Translations under genes and position numbers: made by a program
In this document: in pieces, positions 1-15,579 of the stretch
Layout of the letters: each line of letters starts with the position of its first letter
Numbering within the stretch: the first letter of the stretch is position 1
Assembly: GCA_013239625.1 (NCBI GenBank)
Contig: MU054220.1
Location: forward strand, 2,169,374 to 2,233,373
Origin: Lama guanicoe
Lineage: Eukaryota
Direction: 5' to 3'
Length of the DNA: 64,000 bases
The notes under the pieces: generated by a model
What the model was told of the DNA's origin: nothing
Database searches by the model: none
Seen by the model: only the letters and a program-made list of their open reading frames with translations

Positions 1-164
1 CAGACATTATTTTTCACTTATCCTCTTTTCCTCATTGTCTCTAGTTTTTACCTTTAAGTATCTGTCGAATTCATCCCCCTTTCTCCATCCCTAGGGTTTC
101 TTTCTCTACCCCATGGTATCTCTCTCTTTCTTTTTTCTTTCTTTATACCCCAGGCTTTCTTCGC

Positions 165-365
165 CTTGGCACTGCTGACCTTTTTTGCCAGGTATTTCTT
201 TATTTTAAGGGGTTGTCTTGTGCCTTGTAGGATGTTTAGCAGCATCTCTGACCTTTCCCCCACCAGATATTAGCAATATCATTCCTCCAAATCATGACAA
301 TCAAAAATGTCTCTGGACTTTGCCAAATGTACCCCAAGACAAAATTATCACCAGTTTAGAAAGTC
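165..365. mobile_element. MER20-like hAT-Charlie DNA transposon fossil inside L2-like sequence
   Basis: gtaggatgtttagcagcatctctgacc ... atgacaatcaaaaatgtctctggactttgccaaatgt resembles recalled MER20 consensus. Confidence 0.65.
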
Positions 366-1551
366 TTATCCCAACCGCTACAATCAGCTCTTGCCTTATA
401 TGCTGCAGTAGTCTTCTTGCAAGACTCCCAGTAGGCTCTTGTCTCCTTCCCATCATATTCTACAATATAGAGGTGTCATTTTTGAAAATGTAAATCTTCC
501 CATATTATTGCCTCATTAAAATCCTTCAGTGGCTTTCATGAGTTTTAAGATGATGTCTGAAATCATACTGTAGCCATTGAGGTCATCTGTGGCACCTTTC
601 AGGCCCTTGCTTACCTTCCAGCCATGTCTCTAATTGCTCTCACTCTCCCTACTCCAGTCATAATGAACTTCTCCTAGTATCAAATGCGCCAAACTTTTAT
701 TCCCCACCTAACTAAACTCTGGGCCTTAACATACGCTGTTCTTTCTGCTTTATAACATTCTTCTACCCACATTTACCTCATACTATCTCTTCATCCTCTA
801 GATCTCACCTTAAGCATCACTTTTGAGGGTAGATCTTACCTGACAGCCTAAATTGGCGTAAGTCCTCTTGCTGTATTACCAAAGCAGCTTGTACTTCTGC
901 TTTCACAGTGATCATGACTTGGTAGTTATTTGTTGAAGATCTTCCTATCTCTGCTTTCAGCTCCTTCAGTATCTTCTTATATTCTCATTAACAAATAAAT
1001 ATTTGATAAACTGAATTGAACTATTTTCTCCTCCAAGGTGATGGGTTTGTCATCTTCTTTGTATCCTCAGTTCTTTTAAACCATGGGTATTCAAGTTATT
1101 GAATGATTGCTTGATTTCTGGTGAAGCATACTCTACTTTATGGCCACAAAACAGAAGGATTAGTATTATACCTACAACCTGGAAAACTAATATCCAGATT
1201 AGAACAATTTTGGTTGTTGATTGTATGATTGTTCTTTTCTGGTCTTTCTAATGTTGTCAATGTGGAAATTCCTCTCTCCAGTAGTTGTGCCACTGTGAGA
1301 TATGCTAGAAATGCTTTGCATCAATGTTTTCTGTTTAGAGCATTCTTAACGTTTACCTAGAAAATGAGAAGGGAAAGTCTATGGCACCTCATTCTGTTTA
1401 CTTATTGTAGAACATTAGGGTTATGAAATGCTATAAAAATACTTCTATATATGAACAAAATTTTGTGTATATGAATAAAGCATTCTGATTGGCTACCCAG
1501 TTTTGTAATTTTGATTTCTAACTAGTTTTAGAAAGTTTCTGAGAACAAATT

Positions 1552-1594
1552 ATCTATCTATCTATCTATCTGTCTATCTATCTATCTGTCTATC
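1552..1594 (+). repeat. (TCTA)n/(TCTG) tetranucleotide microsatellite
   Basis: Directly visible. Confidence 0.9.
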
Positions 1595-1682
1595 TTGGAA
1601 TTAGTAGCAAGCAAGAAATAGACTTTTATTTTGCTTTCTTATTTTCTATTCTACAAGTGACTCATATTATGTCTACTTGTAG

Positions 1683-1895
<213 letters not shown>

Positions 1896-2549
1896 TAGGG
1901 AACACTATTAACGATTTTTTAATTATAGGCATTTTTCAAGGATTATTTAAAATGATTGTCCTAGGTTAGTTTAGAGGTATTGATTTTCAATCTTTGTTTA
2001 ATATCACTTTGACTTCAAATATGCTATTTGATAGCTTGTACAAACATTAAGAAAAAGAGAATCTTGCTGACCTAGAACCAGATATTCCAGTTTTATAATT
2101 CTATGAAATGAGCTTTTAAAAATGGCTCTATTTAATGTGACAAATGTGAAATATGAAGAGTGTTTTTTTTATTAGTTAGCAAGTGATACCACACTGTATT
2201 GTATCAGCATGTAAAGCACAGGCTGTGGGGATATATCATCAGTTATAAAGCCAGTAAGTACTAAATAAGAAAGGAATATTTAAGAAAATACTTCTTTGCT
2301 ATTGCTTAGGTCCAACCAAGTTGAGTGCTGGGATAGATATTTTCGTATGTAGTGGCTTTTCATGAAATCTGAAAGTGTAGATTAGACAATTGTGTATGTA
2401 GTTACAGAGCTTAAGAACCAACTCTGAAGACATCTTTTTGAATATAGCAAGGTTGAAAACATTTTGTTTGCTTTCTGAAAAGCCTGAAATTACAGAGGAT
2501 TAGAATGGTGGAGGAAGGAGGTTAATCTTTAATTATATGTATATGTAAG

Positions 2550-3168
2550 TAGAGTATTTGTCATTATCTGTGGTAGTTATGTTCTATAAATTCACCACAG
2601 ACGCTGAGTCAGCAAATGCTGAACCATTACTCCAAGGGGAAGTACAAGGTTAGGGTCCTGCAACCTTCTTGGTCACAACATTTTCATTAACCAAGACATA
2701 ATGTTTTTTTCTGTTTGAAAACATCTTATTCAGTATATACTATTATTCATTAACATTAAACTCACAGCCAACAGAAATAACCTGAAAAAGCTTACCTAAC
2801 ACATGTATTTTCTCTGAAGGGCATATCACAGCCTTTTTTGCACATAGGAACACCAGACAGTACTTTAGCGCACTGCATTTTAAACAGTGAAAGCACCAAC
2901 AAAAAGCACAAAAATTCAAAAAACTATAGCAGTAAATAGACCGTGAAAAAGATACTTGTTTACAGTGTGAAAGCTGGAAGAAGAAGGCAGAGTATTGCAT
3001 TGTTCAGTCTCATCTCAGTGCACATCAGGTAACTGAGAGTTTCCCCAGCTCTGGTTATCTGTGAATAACCAGGAAAGTGCCTCAAGTATTGATTTGTGGG
3101 TTATAAGTTAATTGTAATGAGAAGATGAATTTGCAAATGTGAAATCCATGAATAATGAGGGTGGACTG
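2550..3168. mobile_element. MER82-like TcMar-Tigger non-autonomous element
   Basis: gtggtagttatgttctataaa ... gctgaaccatt ...; ends aataatgagggtggactg|ta. Confidence 0.65.
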
Positions 3169-3291
3169 TATTTTCTCATAATTAGCCTTCTATGCCTTCC
3201 TCCAAGTAGGATTTGGAGGCAAGGATGTGATTTGTCAAAATTATTGTTCATTGGTCTTCTGTCTTGACGAGCACAGACCCAGGCAAGACTA

Positions 3292-3445
3292 CAGTCATCC
3301 CTTGGTATCAATGAGGGTAGAGGAGACGGGGCTGGTTCCAGGAGCCCTCACCCATACTAAAATCTGCTCAAGTTCCTCATACAAAATAGCATTCCACAAT
3401 GAGTATTGTTGGCCCTCCGTACCCTCAATTACAGAGGGCTGACTG
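3292..3445. mobile_element. Short MER2/Tigger2-like element with TA flanks
   Basis: ta|cagtcatccct ... agggctgactg|ta inverted termini. Confidence 0.65.
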
Positions 3446-5695
3446 TAACTAAAAGAAAATTGCCCTAGGAAAAAGATTTCACCAACCTGGAGCCTGGGAA
3501 GAAAGAGGAAGGATAAAAGGCACTAAGGGGAAGTGAGAGTCTAGTGACCTTGAAGAGAGCTTCAGATTCTCTGTAAGTTCTAGCATATAATTTTTATCAG
3601 GAATCTTATAGAAACATGATATATTGCTGTTGCTGAATTCTTGATGCCTCAAATAAAAGCTTTTATTTATCCTTATCTAATGATTAGGAATGTTAATTGG
3701 AATCAGGAGTGCTGATAATTGATGTTCTCTGTGTGCATTTTCTTAGGATATTAGCTTTTCAGATGAAGACTGTTCTGTGATTTCCATTGGCATTAGGACT
3801 ATAAATGCAAGCCCTCACTGTATTCTATACAGAGAGAACCATGGATTTTATATTTGGGTAGACATAGTGTATTTCTGTGTGATCTAGGGTAGCAGGAGGC
3901 CCTTTTCCTCTTCACATGGTGGAGTGGGTGCAATTAATCATAGGCTACAAACAAGTAAAAAGAAACTTAATTTTGTGGCTAAAATATTTAAGACAATGAA
4001 AAGTTAACCTCAATATAAATTAACCTGAAACATAACATTTTGTTTTTCATAGTTTCTATTTGATTTTAGTTACATGTAGACAAAAATAAACTTCGTATCT
4101 ATATTACATTGACTTATGTTGGTCTGTATAGACAGATCCCTCTCCCCTCCATAAACAGTCTCTTCCCTCTATTGTCTATGTCAAGTAATCCTGCTAATTT
4201 CCCGATTGTTTTCTTTTAATGCAAGTAGTTAAAAATTATTCATTCTGAATTCTGTATGATATTCCTGAAATTATTTATTAAACTGTCTTCTTTAGAGTTG
4301 TCACCTGACCTAGCATATTTTGTTGGCTTTCCTGTTCTCACAGGTTATAGTTCTTTCATTTATAAGATTCCTTCCCCCCACCTCCCACCCCACCCTCTAC
4401 ACCCCTCAGATAACTTCTTTGACTTTGCCAATTACCTGTGGGTACTGGTTGATATATATGTTTTTTAATCTTCTCATAAGACAAATGAATTTGCCACAAG
4501 ATGAGTTTAGACGAGAAATAACGCTTTAGTAAAGAAAGGAAACATTTGGAGTCAAAGCAGACCTAGGTTTGACCTTGAGCATTGTTAATCTCTATTTTAA
4601 TTTTAAAATTGAAATAATAGTAATATCTACTTTATAAGGTTTGAGTGAAAATTAAATAAGGATTATAAAGCACCTATAAAATTAAGGCATCTAATTTGTT
4701 TTTAATACATGTTAGTCTCTTAATCCTTATTCCTCAGCAATATAGGGAATATTTGTAGGTGCCAAATAGAACTTCCTTGCTTGCTGTGCATTAGGGATTC
4801 CTTAATTCAGGGAATATGAAAGTGTTCTGCTTCTGGAATACCAGATCTTAGGGATTAGATAAAATCCAAAATAGAATGGAAACATTACTTCTACCTGGGA
4901 AAAGAGTGGGAAAAAAAGGGGGTTGGAGCACTTAAAAGTAAAGCAGCTTTTTAACACCAGCTGACTTGGACAGTATACCACAGTAAAATCTTAGCAGGAA
5001 GGAACTGAAGCATTGTCACTATCTTGCTAAACTGACACAGATGCAGCTACTACCTATGACTTTTGATGAGTTCTGGGCTTTGTAGGATATACTGTATAGG
5101 AGGGTGGTAGTATAAGCATTGCTGGAGGAGACTGCTAAGAGACTCTTAAGGCAAATCTGATGATCATTAGGTAACTAAAATAGCTGCAAGGCCAGAAGCT
5201 CCCTCAGAGCAATGGTTGCAATGACAGTTGAACTCCCATGGGCTTCTTGAAGGTACCTTCAGCAATTTCTACTGGTGTTTCTTAGGTGTAAATGTTAGAG
5301 CTGTTACCCTGTAGTGTCTTTCAGAGACACTGTCTTTTGGCTTTCCCTGCCACAAAGCTAAGTCAGCAGGCCTCCAGCTTCTCTGCCATTATCAGAGTCA
5401 CCTCCTGCACAGTTGTGCAAAGCTGACAGCCCAGACTACCACCAATGGAGTGTTAGCAATTTGATATAATGGTTTTATGTACAGTTTATTAGTAGAACTT
5501 TAAGGTAGGAGACTAAACATAATGAAGGGATGTTCCCAAATTTGAAATTGTCAAAGAAGAATCTTTTCTCTTTTGTAGGAAACAAAGGTGGCTATCCATT
5601 ACATAATAGCTTTCAGAGTTCTTTTAAGAACACATTTTCAGTTTCCTTTTACAAGGCTGTGACTCTTTTGTTTTTCTTTTTCCCTGCCTTTGTAG

Positions 5696-5818
<123 letters not shown>

Positions 5819-6949
5819 TAGATACAAATGAACAACATTATCAAGAATGACAGGCTAGTTTGCTTTATGCTTTAAATCAGCTCTTTGGCTTAGATCTTTT
5901 TATATGGATAATACAAAAAAGTATTTAATGGTCATTTCCTATTTTAAAAAATAATGTACTTATATACTTGAGACATTTTATATAGGTCACATTGTTGATG
6001 ATATATCAGTTTATTAAAAGAAACTGACTAGAGACATTTGTTGAATATACCGTTTCCTTTTATAAATTTGGAAGCAGTCAAGTTTGGTAACAGTTTTAAT
6101 AAGTTGAGATGTTTTCTTTAATTCTGGCATCTGTCAGTTGGCCTCTAAATCTCGTCTCAACTACTTAGAATGGCTTAGGATCCTGAAAATTGACTGTACT
6201 GAATGTTAGGGTTCAACTTGCTAGCCACTTGATCATTCATTTCCCCGATTGACTTAAGAGTCTTCTAATAGTATTCATGTGCCAGTTTTATGTTGTGAAG
6301 CTAATATCTAACCTCACTTAGTTATGGTATTTGGAGCTTAGTTACTCATAGCATTAAAAATAATTTCAGAGAACCTAACTGAAAAAAAAAAGGACACTAC
6401 CAAATAAAAATAAATCATGACTAGTTTGTTACTAGGAAAATAAATATAAGGATCTATAAAACCCTTAGACATAGAAATCACGAGTTAGAGTAAAATTATA
6501 ATCAGTATTTTTATAGCAGTCAGTCTTTATTATATAATATCTCCATGTGTGTATGCTATCAGTGTATTGACTAGCTTTTGGTCAGTTTTGTGTTACTTAG
6601 AATATTTTATACTTTTGTATTAGAAATAACTCTTCAAACTAGAAAACAATTCTTAAAGTATGTTTTAATTTACTAAATTATACTTGGATGATTACCTGGT
6701 CCTCTAGTTTGAGTTCTGATTCTAGCTTTGTGACATTTTGGTATGCAGCTTAAAGAATGTCTCTAGTGCTGTTATAGTTTGGGGTATTTTTCCCTCCCTT
6801 AAAATTATATCATACACAGTGTTTGATAACAAGCATATTAATGTGGTTCAGCTTCATTTTCTTTAGCTATTTGTATAAGCTTATCTTTTTGGCAATATAT
6901 GAAAAAGTGAACTTTAGCTTTATAGCCATTAAAATATCTTGATTTTCAA

Positions 6950-7108
6950 TAGGTGGAGGGAAAATGGGTGAAGGGAGTCAATTGTATGGTGACAGATGGA
7001 AACTAAGTTTTTGGTGGTGAGCATGCAAAAGTCAAATTATAATGTTCATGTGAAACTTAAAAACCAGTGTTACCTCAATAAAGACAAACAAAAAACAATC
7101 TTAAAAAG
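6950..7108 (+). mobile_element. 5'-truncated L1 3' end
   Basis: 15-bp TSD tatcttgattttcaa (6935-49, 7109-23); ctcaataaa plus A-rich tail. Confidence 0.75.
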
Positions 7109-7784
7109 TATCTTGATTTTCAAGCTTATAACTGACTCCTGGTATTAAAAAGTCTTATATTTCTCCATGGGAACTATATTCCTTCTAATCTGTATCACTT
7201 CTGTGAATTTTTTTTTTAATTGTTGGGGGGGGCATTAAGCTTTGCTATCTATTTTAGACCTTAAAAGAACAACTTTAATTTGCCTCCTAGCAAAGTGCCT
7301 GGCACTTAATACCTATATTTGGGCATTCAGTAAATATTTAATGAATTAGTGACAGTTTACAAGATACAATAAAAATTTTTAAAATTCTAACTTTACTGAA
7401 TAAGAAGCTCTAATTCTGATCAAAATTGCTATCATTTCTGATACTGTTTCTTCAGTGTGGTGAAGGGACAGGTGACATCCCAGTCCAGTGAGATATATCA
7501 GAATCTTGGGTGGTGAGGAAGAATTGTATAATTTACCTGTTTCCCTGCCCTAATTCCACCTAATTGAGAATCATTTTGTCTCATAAGAGATGTTATTGAT
7601 AAAAATGACTGTATAGTTTATATGACGTATAGATGCAAAAAAAAGGTTGAGAAGCATTGCTTTGGTGGTACAGGTGTAAGATTGTTCCAGCATAAGATTC
7701 TTGTGCCTTTCAAGAAAGGAAAAGGCTTCTTATCCAACTTAGATGTTTACTTTCTTTGGTTTATTTTGGTAGAGCCAAACATTG

Positions 7785-8110
7785 TTTAATAACAGTTTTA
7801 TTGAGATATAACTTATATGCTAATTCACCCTCTTAAAAGTGTATAATTCAATGATTTAAAAAAAATTCATAAGGGTGGGTAACCATCACTACTAAATAAT
7901 TCCAGAACATTTTCATCACTCCAAAAAGAAACCCTATATCCATTAGCAGTCACTCTCCATTCCCCCCTCCCACTGACCCTGGCCACCACTAATATACTTT
8001 CTTTCTCTATGGATCTGATGTTTCGTATAAATGGAATCATACATACGTGGTCCTTTGTGACTGGCATCTTTCACTTAGCATAATGTTTTTAGGGTTCACC
8101 AGTGTTGTAC
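7785..8110 (-). mobile_element. L1MB/MC-like 3' end
   Basis: ttttattgagatataa ... ccattagcagtcactctccattcccc ... aatggaatcatac ... tttcacttagcataatgttt. Confidence 0.75.
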
Positions 8111-8122
8111 CATGTTTTCTGA

Positions 8123-8245
<123 letters not shown>

Positions 8246-8317
8246 TGACAACAAGAGTTTGCGGTTTTGTCTACAGTAGTTTGTCAATGTGATGTTTTGA
8301 TTGTTCTTTACAGTTGA

Positions 8318-8518
<201 letters not shown>

Positions 8519-8920
8519 TAGACTTTCTTTGAAATGGGGGAATATTTTACACCGAGGCAAGATTTTTTTCTACTAATTATGTACAGTGACTGCTTGATTT
8601 TAAGACTGTAGATTATTGTCTTAAGGAGCAGACCCTCTGCAGCTTTGGAAATTGAATCCAAATTCTTGTACTGTTTTGTGTTCCTATTCTTGAAGAAAAG
8701 CACAAATTAGCTTTATAATTCCACTGAACATTTTGTTTCTTAGTTGGCCCATAAACTGATCCCAGCTGGATGTGGCCAAGTATAAGCATCCAATTTAGGG
8801 TATTTGAATATCATTTGAATGTGAAGCATTTTAGATAGTGAGTAAGCAGAAAAGAAAGCACTTACTTGCAATGGATTACTAGAGGTTTCCTTTGAGGTTT
8901 CCTTAACTCAGAATTTGTGA

Positions 8921-9015
8921 GGAGGGTGGAGGATATAGCTCAGTGGTAGAGTGCATGCTTAAGATGCACGAGGACTTGGGTTCAATCCCCGGTACCTCCG
9001 TTAACAGCAAAAAAA
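8921..9015 (+). mobile_element. tRNA-derived SINE (camelid vic-1-like)
   Basis: A box tagctcagtgg, B box ggttcaatcc; 11-bp TSD agaatttgtga. Confidence 0.85.
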
Positions 9016-9201
9016 AGAATTTGTGAAAGAGTAACAGTTAATTGGCAAAGAAAAAAAAAAAAAAAAAAAAAAAAGCTAAGCTTTGCTTCTGTGAATTATA
9101 AAAAAGCAAATTTTTTATCCAGCAACCATCAGTCTGAATTAAAATAAATAATACCAAAAGTACCTTGTATTAAAATCATTTTGCTTACTTCCGCACTATA
9201 G

Positions 9202-9336
<135 letters not shown>

Positions 9337-9728
9337 TAGTAATGGATAGTAATGAAATTGGATAGGAGTCCTATCTCTATGCATTATGAGTTTGTATCCT
9401 TTTGATCAGAATTCTTGATTAGTAGAAATATCTTTCAAATAAAAAAATAATAAAATCAACCAATCTGTAGAGGAGGTAAAAAGTGATGTTTTAAGTAAAT
9501 TTTGTTTCTAGTAACTGGAAAATTACCTTTCTAAATATGAATGTATTCCATCAAAAATATGGTTGTTGTAATTTTAATAAATTATAATTTGCATAGAAAT
9601 AAAATGTAAGATGTTATTAATGTATATCTACTACTAAGGAAGTCTGGATAATTTGTTGAAAAAGGAAATTTCTCTCTGAATTCTCATGCAGTTGTGTTTT
9701 AGAAATGACTTATTAAGTAATGGAGTAA

Positions 9729-9971
<243 letters not shown>

Positions 9972-11845
9972 TGACTTGGAAAATATAGTTTAAAAATTAG
10001 AATTTATTGAGATAGGGTCTGAATCTCAGGTTCATGGTTGTTCTTCAATATGATTTCATTTGAGAAATGAACTCAATACCACATTCAAAAGACAGCAGAA
10101 CATCTTTTAATGAAGACAGCATATTCCAAAAATACATTTGGTTATTTGAAAGTTTAATAGAAATAAAAATGGTAATGAAGATATAAGAATGCATTTTAAG
10201 GCATCAGAAAGTACCATTAAATAATGAAATAAAGTGTGGCAAGGCACTTAACATTAATAACAGCACTTAACATTAAAACATCACCTTGGTCATTTTGTTA
10301 ATAATGCTCTGGAGTTGCAGGACCAAGTTGCCATTCTGTCAAGGTCTTGTCACCTTGTGTTGTAGAAGAGGGCAATTGCCCAAGGGCAAATATGGCATTC
10401 TTTCAATGAATACTTCTCCTGGACTCTACTCTCTTAAGATGAAGGCATCTTCTGCAGATGCAAAAAGTTCAATTCTCTTTCCCTACCCTGAATCCCAGCA
10501 TGGAGTTTGGAAAAGAGAACTGATATTTAATGAGCTTCACTTTGTGAAGTATTTTACCTACATAGTTTCATTTAATCATCATTACAACCCTTGAGGTAAG
10601 TGTTTTGTGGCTCATGTTTTTCCAGGGCCCAGCAAGGTACACATGCTCTTAGAGTTCACTCTGGTATTTTCATTGTTCATTTGTTTGTTTGCTTGTTCTG
10701 TCTTCCCACACTGTACTGTAAACTTTGAAAGATAGAGATCTTGTCACTGCTTGACCCCCTGTGCATAGAAGCGGTTCTGGCATATAGCAGTAACTTGGCA
10801 TATATTTGTTGAATGACCAGAGTTGCAAAACTGGGATATGAACTCAAGTATCTTTAGCTACAGAGTCTGTACCTTCCTTCATGTTATGCTGTCTCTTCAG
10901 TATTCTAGTACAGGAAGTTGTCTGCAATTTTCTTCTTTCTCCCCAGCTCCTGCCTCTCCGGACAATACCTTAAGACTTTTTCTTATCTTGCTAAACCTTT
11001 CCATGCTAGCTGGCTTTCTCTTATAAGGAATTCCTCTCCCCACAGCCCCCCTCCCGCTCCAAAATAGGCTGTATGTGGGGTGGGGAAGGACCTGCTTTAG
11101 TTACTCTTTTGATGAGATAAGGAGAATAATATTAGCCAATAAACTTACTAAGCCAATGAGCACAGATGTCTATTTTTTAAAAAAGTAAATTTGTTAATTG
11201 AGGTACCTTCCTATACAAAGTGCTGTTACAGAAAAAGATCCAGAAGAGATGTTCTGGTTAATCAAAGAGTGTAAAATTTTCTATTTTTACAGTTGGAAGA
11301 CAATTAAATCTTTCTTTATGGGATTGTTATTATGAACCAAAAAATCATACTGCTGATAGAAACTGGCAAGTATTAGAGGTTTCCATTTGATTAAGAATCA
11401 GCATCTCAGTTTTGCTAACCACACGTTAAAATCTGAGGATATGTTCAAAATAACATTGATTTCAGAACAGGTCTGGATGTTCAAAACTAATTTGGTCCTC
11501 GGTCATTTTATCTTTTCTTTTTAAGTTTGGTGCATTGCTTAACAAGTATCCAAAATAAGTAGAAGGAATGGTGTGAACAGTGATGTGTTTTGCCATATTA
11601 ATGTTACTGTCATTGGCTGTGTACTTTACTATTTTCTTGTGACCTTTCAAACCTGGGGTGAAATAAATTTAAATCAAGATATTTAAATAGAATATTAGCA
11701 AATAGAATCCAGTGGGTACAATAAAAAGTATGACCAACTGGAGTTTATTCTAGGATTGCAAGGATGGTTTGATATTAGAAAAATTACTAAATTTAATTAC
11801 CAAAAGAAATCTCATTTCAGACACTGAAAAGGAATATAATAGAAG

Positions 11846-11880
11846 GGCCCTGTGGCTTAGCTGGTCCAAGTGCCTGTCTA
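11846..11880 (+). pseudogene. Tailless retropseudogene of the 5' half of tRNA-Thr(AGT)
   Basis: ggccctgtggcttagctggtccaagtgcctgtcta ending in the anticodon loop; 16-bp TSD gaaaaggaatataata. Confidence 0.8.
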
Positions 11881-11905
11881 GAAAAGGAATATAATAAATT
11901 TTATC

Positions 11906-11997
11906 TTTTTTTTTTTTAATGGAGGTACTGGGGACTGAAACCAGGACCTCATTCATGCCAAGCATACCCTCTACCAGTGAGCCATTACCCTCCTCTT
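11906..11997 (-). mobile_element. tRNA-derived SINE (same family)
   Basis: Poly-T followed by ggaggtactgggga...ccaggacctc...ctctacca. Confidence 0.8.
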
Positions 11998-12682
11998 CAG
12001 CATATCTTGTTAAAAATTCTTAACCACATACAAATTGATGGATACCATGATAAGATTAAATATATCATTTTTATAGATTATATGATTGTATTCTTGGAAA
12101 ACTCAAACAATTCAACTATAGAACTACTAGAACAATAAAAAAAAGGTATTCAGTGAGATGGCCATCTTCACATAACTAGAACACTCACTGAGGTTGCCAT
12201 AACTTAGTCTCTCTCTCTTTACAAATTAGTTCTGCAGTGAGTAATAATATATCCTCATGTTACTGGAGAACCTTGTGGTTAAATATTGAATTAATGTTAT
12301 GATGCAGAAATTGTCCTTTGTCCTTTACAAGTGTAGGAAAGATTTAGAGGCATATAAAGGCGTCAAACATTAATTCTCACATTAATCTGTAAATATAGGA
12401 TAAGTCCAATCCATCAATTTTATTTCATTTATCTCATTAGCTCATTCTGAATTAGAGGTTTTTAATACAGCTTCTGCAGATTCCCCTACAAGTGATCTTC
12501 AGGAGGTCTGTCTGCCGTTAAAATTGCAAAATTCTATGGGCATAAAAAATACGGGGATTTTTTTTGTTGGTTCAGTGATCCCTCATTTTAATCGAATTTT
12601 CAAGGCATCACTGACCCCAGTATGTCTCAGAACCACTATTCTAAACCCTTACATGGTCTATTATTTTTTTATTTGCTTTTAG

Positions 12683-12895
<213 letters not shown>

Positions 12896-13007
12896 TAACT
12901 GATACGTTTTTAGCTTATGAAAACTGTACTTTGGACAAACTTCTTCTTTATGCTAGTATAATAAAATCCTCAGATACTAAAACACACCTATGGAAGTGTT
13001 CTTGTAG

Positions 13008-13208
<201 letters not shown>

Positions 13209-14025
13209 TGAGCTGAGTGTGCAAGAAAATTACATTATATAGAAGTGATGAAGTTGATAACTGAAGGACTAGTCCTAATTGTTACGTTCTGTAACCAGTA
13301 AACATGTTTTGCAGTGTGTTAAGGTGGGGTTTTTTGTTTGTTTTTTAACTGTGTGGTGTTTATCTTTTAATATCTGCTTTTTGTGGCTTCTGTCTTCTCA
13401 TAACAGTGATTACTCGAGACAATTAGGTTTATTCTGAATTATAAGGCTTAGATGAATTTTAATATTATTGGATTTGTTCCTTAAACTTACTCAGCAAACA
13501 GGTCTCTTCACTTAAACCACCCCTTATCCATTTCTATGTTCCCCTTTTTGTTGTCACAATTCTTAAAATAATAGACATTATCACTTGGTATGAGAAGCTT
13601 TTAAAGATCTGTGTGGGACAGGAGCATGGTAGTTCATGTTGGCATGCACTTTCTGATTCTAATGAGGAAGGGTTTGCAGAAACTGAAAGAGGGCTGGGAC
13701 TTGAGGCAGGAGAACTGGCTTCCGGTCTTAAACATCCACCACTCAGATTTAGGCCTAAGTTTGTGCTTCTTGGATATCTGATTCTTAAATGCTCTAACTT
13801 ACTCTACTTTGCTATGTTTTTAGGAAAATCAAATAAGTCAAAATATGTATAAGCAGTTTCTGCCATACAGTTGGCAAATTAAAACTGTCACTATTTACTT
13901 TCCTTGGAGGAAATCGTTTGTGAATTCCTGAAATGTGAAACAAAAGGTTTCAGTGATATTGCTGTTATAGCCATATACCAAACATACAACTTAAGAAACA
14001 AAGCATTATAACAGAAACTAAATAA

Positions 14026-14286
<261 letters not shown>

Positions 14287-15124
14287 TAATTTTTATTTTA
14301 TCATCCTTTAGAGTATTAGGTATAGGTTTGATAGTGATTTTAAGCTTGTTATTTTTTTTTTTTAAATTGCTCAGCCAATGTGTCACCTAATTTTAGATGA
14401 GCAGTGGAATGTATGCTTTTTGTTTAAACATGTGACTGTAACTTTGTGCGTTTAGAAGCTTATATATACAAATACTTACTGTTTGTATAATTCATATGTA
14501 TGCATTTTTCTTATTGTTTAGGCCTAGAAGCTCTCTCATCTTTAAATATCCAAGGGAGGGATAAACAGTGAGATAGCTTTCCTATCTGTTTGAATAAAAA
14601 ATATAGTCTTTAAATTGCCAATAAAAATTTACCACATAATCCGGTTTAATTCACTAACAATGGAGATGAAATTGAGCAGTACCATTATCTACCCCTAAAA
14701 GTATGTGTAAAAGGGAGGTGTAGAAACGTAGTACACGAAGGAAAATGAAAAAGGAGCTTTCTCCTTTAGACATGCATAGGACCTGATGAGACACAGAAGT
14801 TTGAAATGTATCAGGTTTATTTTCGGCTTCCTTGCGAGTCTCTTCTTTACTTCTGTTCTACCACCTCTTGTTCTCTCTTTAGGACCCTTAGCTCGCTTGC
14901 ACACTGTGTTCCCTTAGCACTGTGATACAGCACCTCATCTGTACCATCCAGCTCCACACAGGCCTCCCATGCCAGAGAGTTCTTGCGCTGCCTTCTTCCC
15001 CTCATACCACCGCTTTTAAAACTCCCTTTTATGCAGCTTCTCAGATAGATGAAGGAAGCACACCTGATTTGAGCTAATACTCTTCTGTGTGTTAGACCCA
15101 TAATAAGAGGAGATTTTATATATA

Positions 15125-15579
15125 TTTTTCTTTATAACAACTTTATTGAGCATATAAAACTGTTTTAGAGGGTACAGTGCAGCCGTTTCTAGTCCATTCA
15201 CAGTTCTGCAACTCCCACCACTATACAATTTTAGAATATTTTCATTGCCCCAAAAGGAAACTATTTTCCTTTTCCTCCCCAAGTCCCCAACCCTGGTCCC
15301 TGGCAACTATTAATCTACTTTCTCTCTCTATGGATTACTTCTCCTGGACATTTCATGTAAATAGAATGATGTGGCCTTTTGTAGCTTTTACAAGGATCAT
15401 CCAAATTATAGCATATATCAACTCTACATTCTTTTTTATTGCTAAACAATATTCCACTGTGTGGATATAAAACATTTTATTTACCCATTCCCAAGTTGAT
15501 GAGTATTTGCATTGTTTCCACTTTGGGGCTATTGTGAATACTGCTGCCATGAACAAGTGTACAAGTTTTTGTGTGAACA

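Noticed and set aside
4750..5460. Non-repetitive-looking intronic stretch as a possible enhancer or hidden exon
   Set aside because: No convincing acceptor/donor pair or motif; needs conservation data I do not have
8921..9000. tRNA-like sequences (here and at the other SINE heads) as genuine tRNA genes
   Set aside because: Diverged stems, A-rich tails and TSDs mark them as SINE copies
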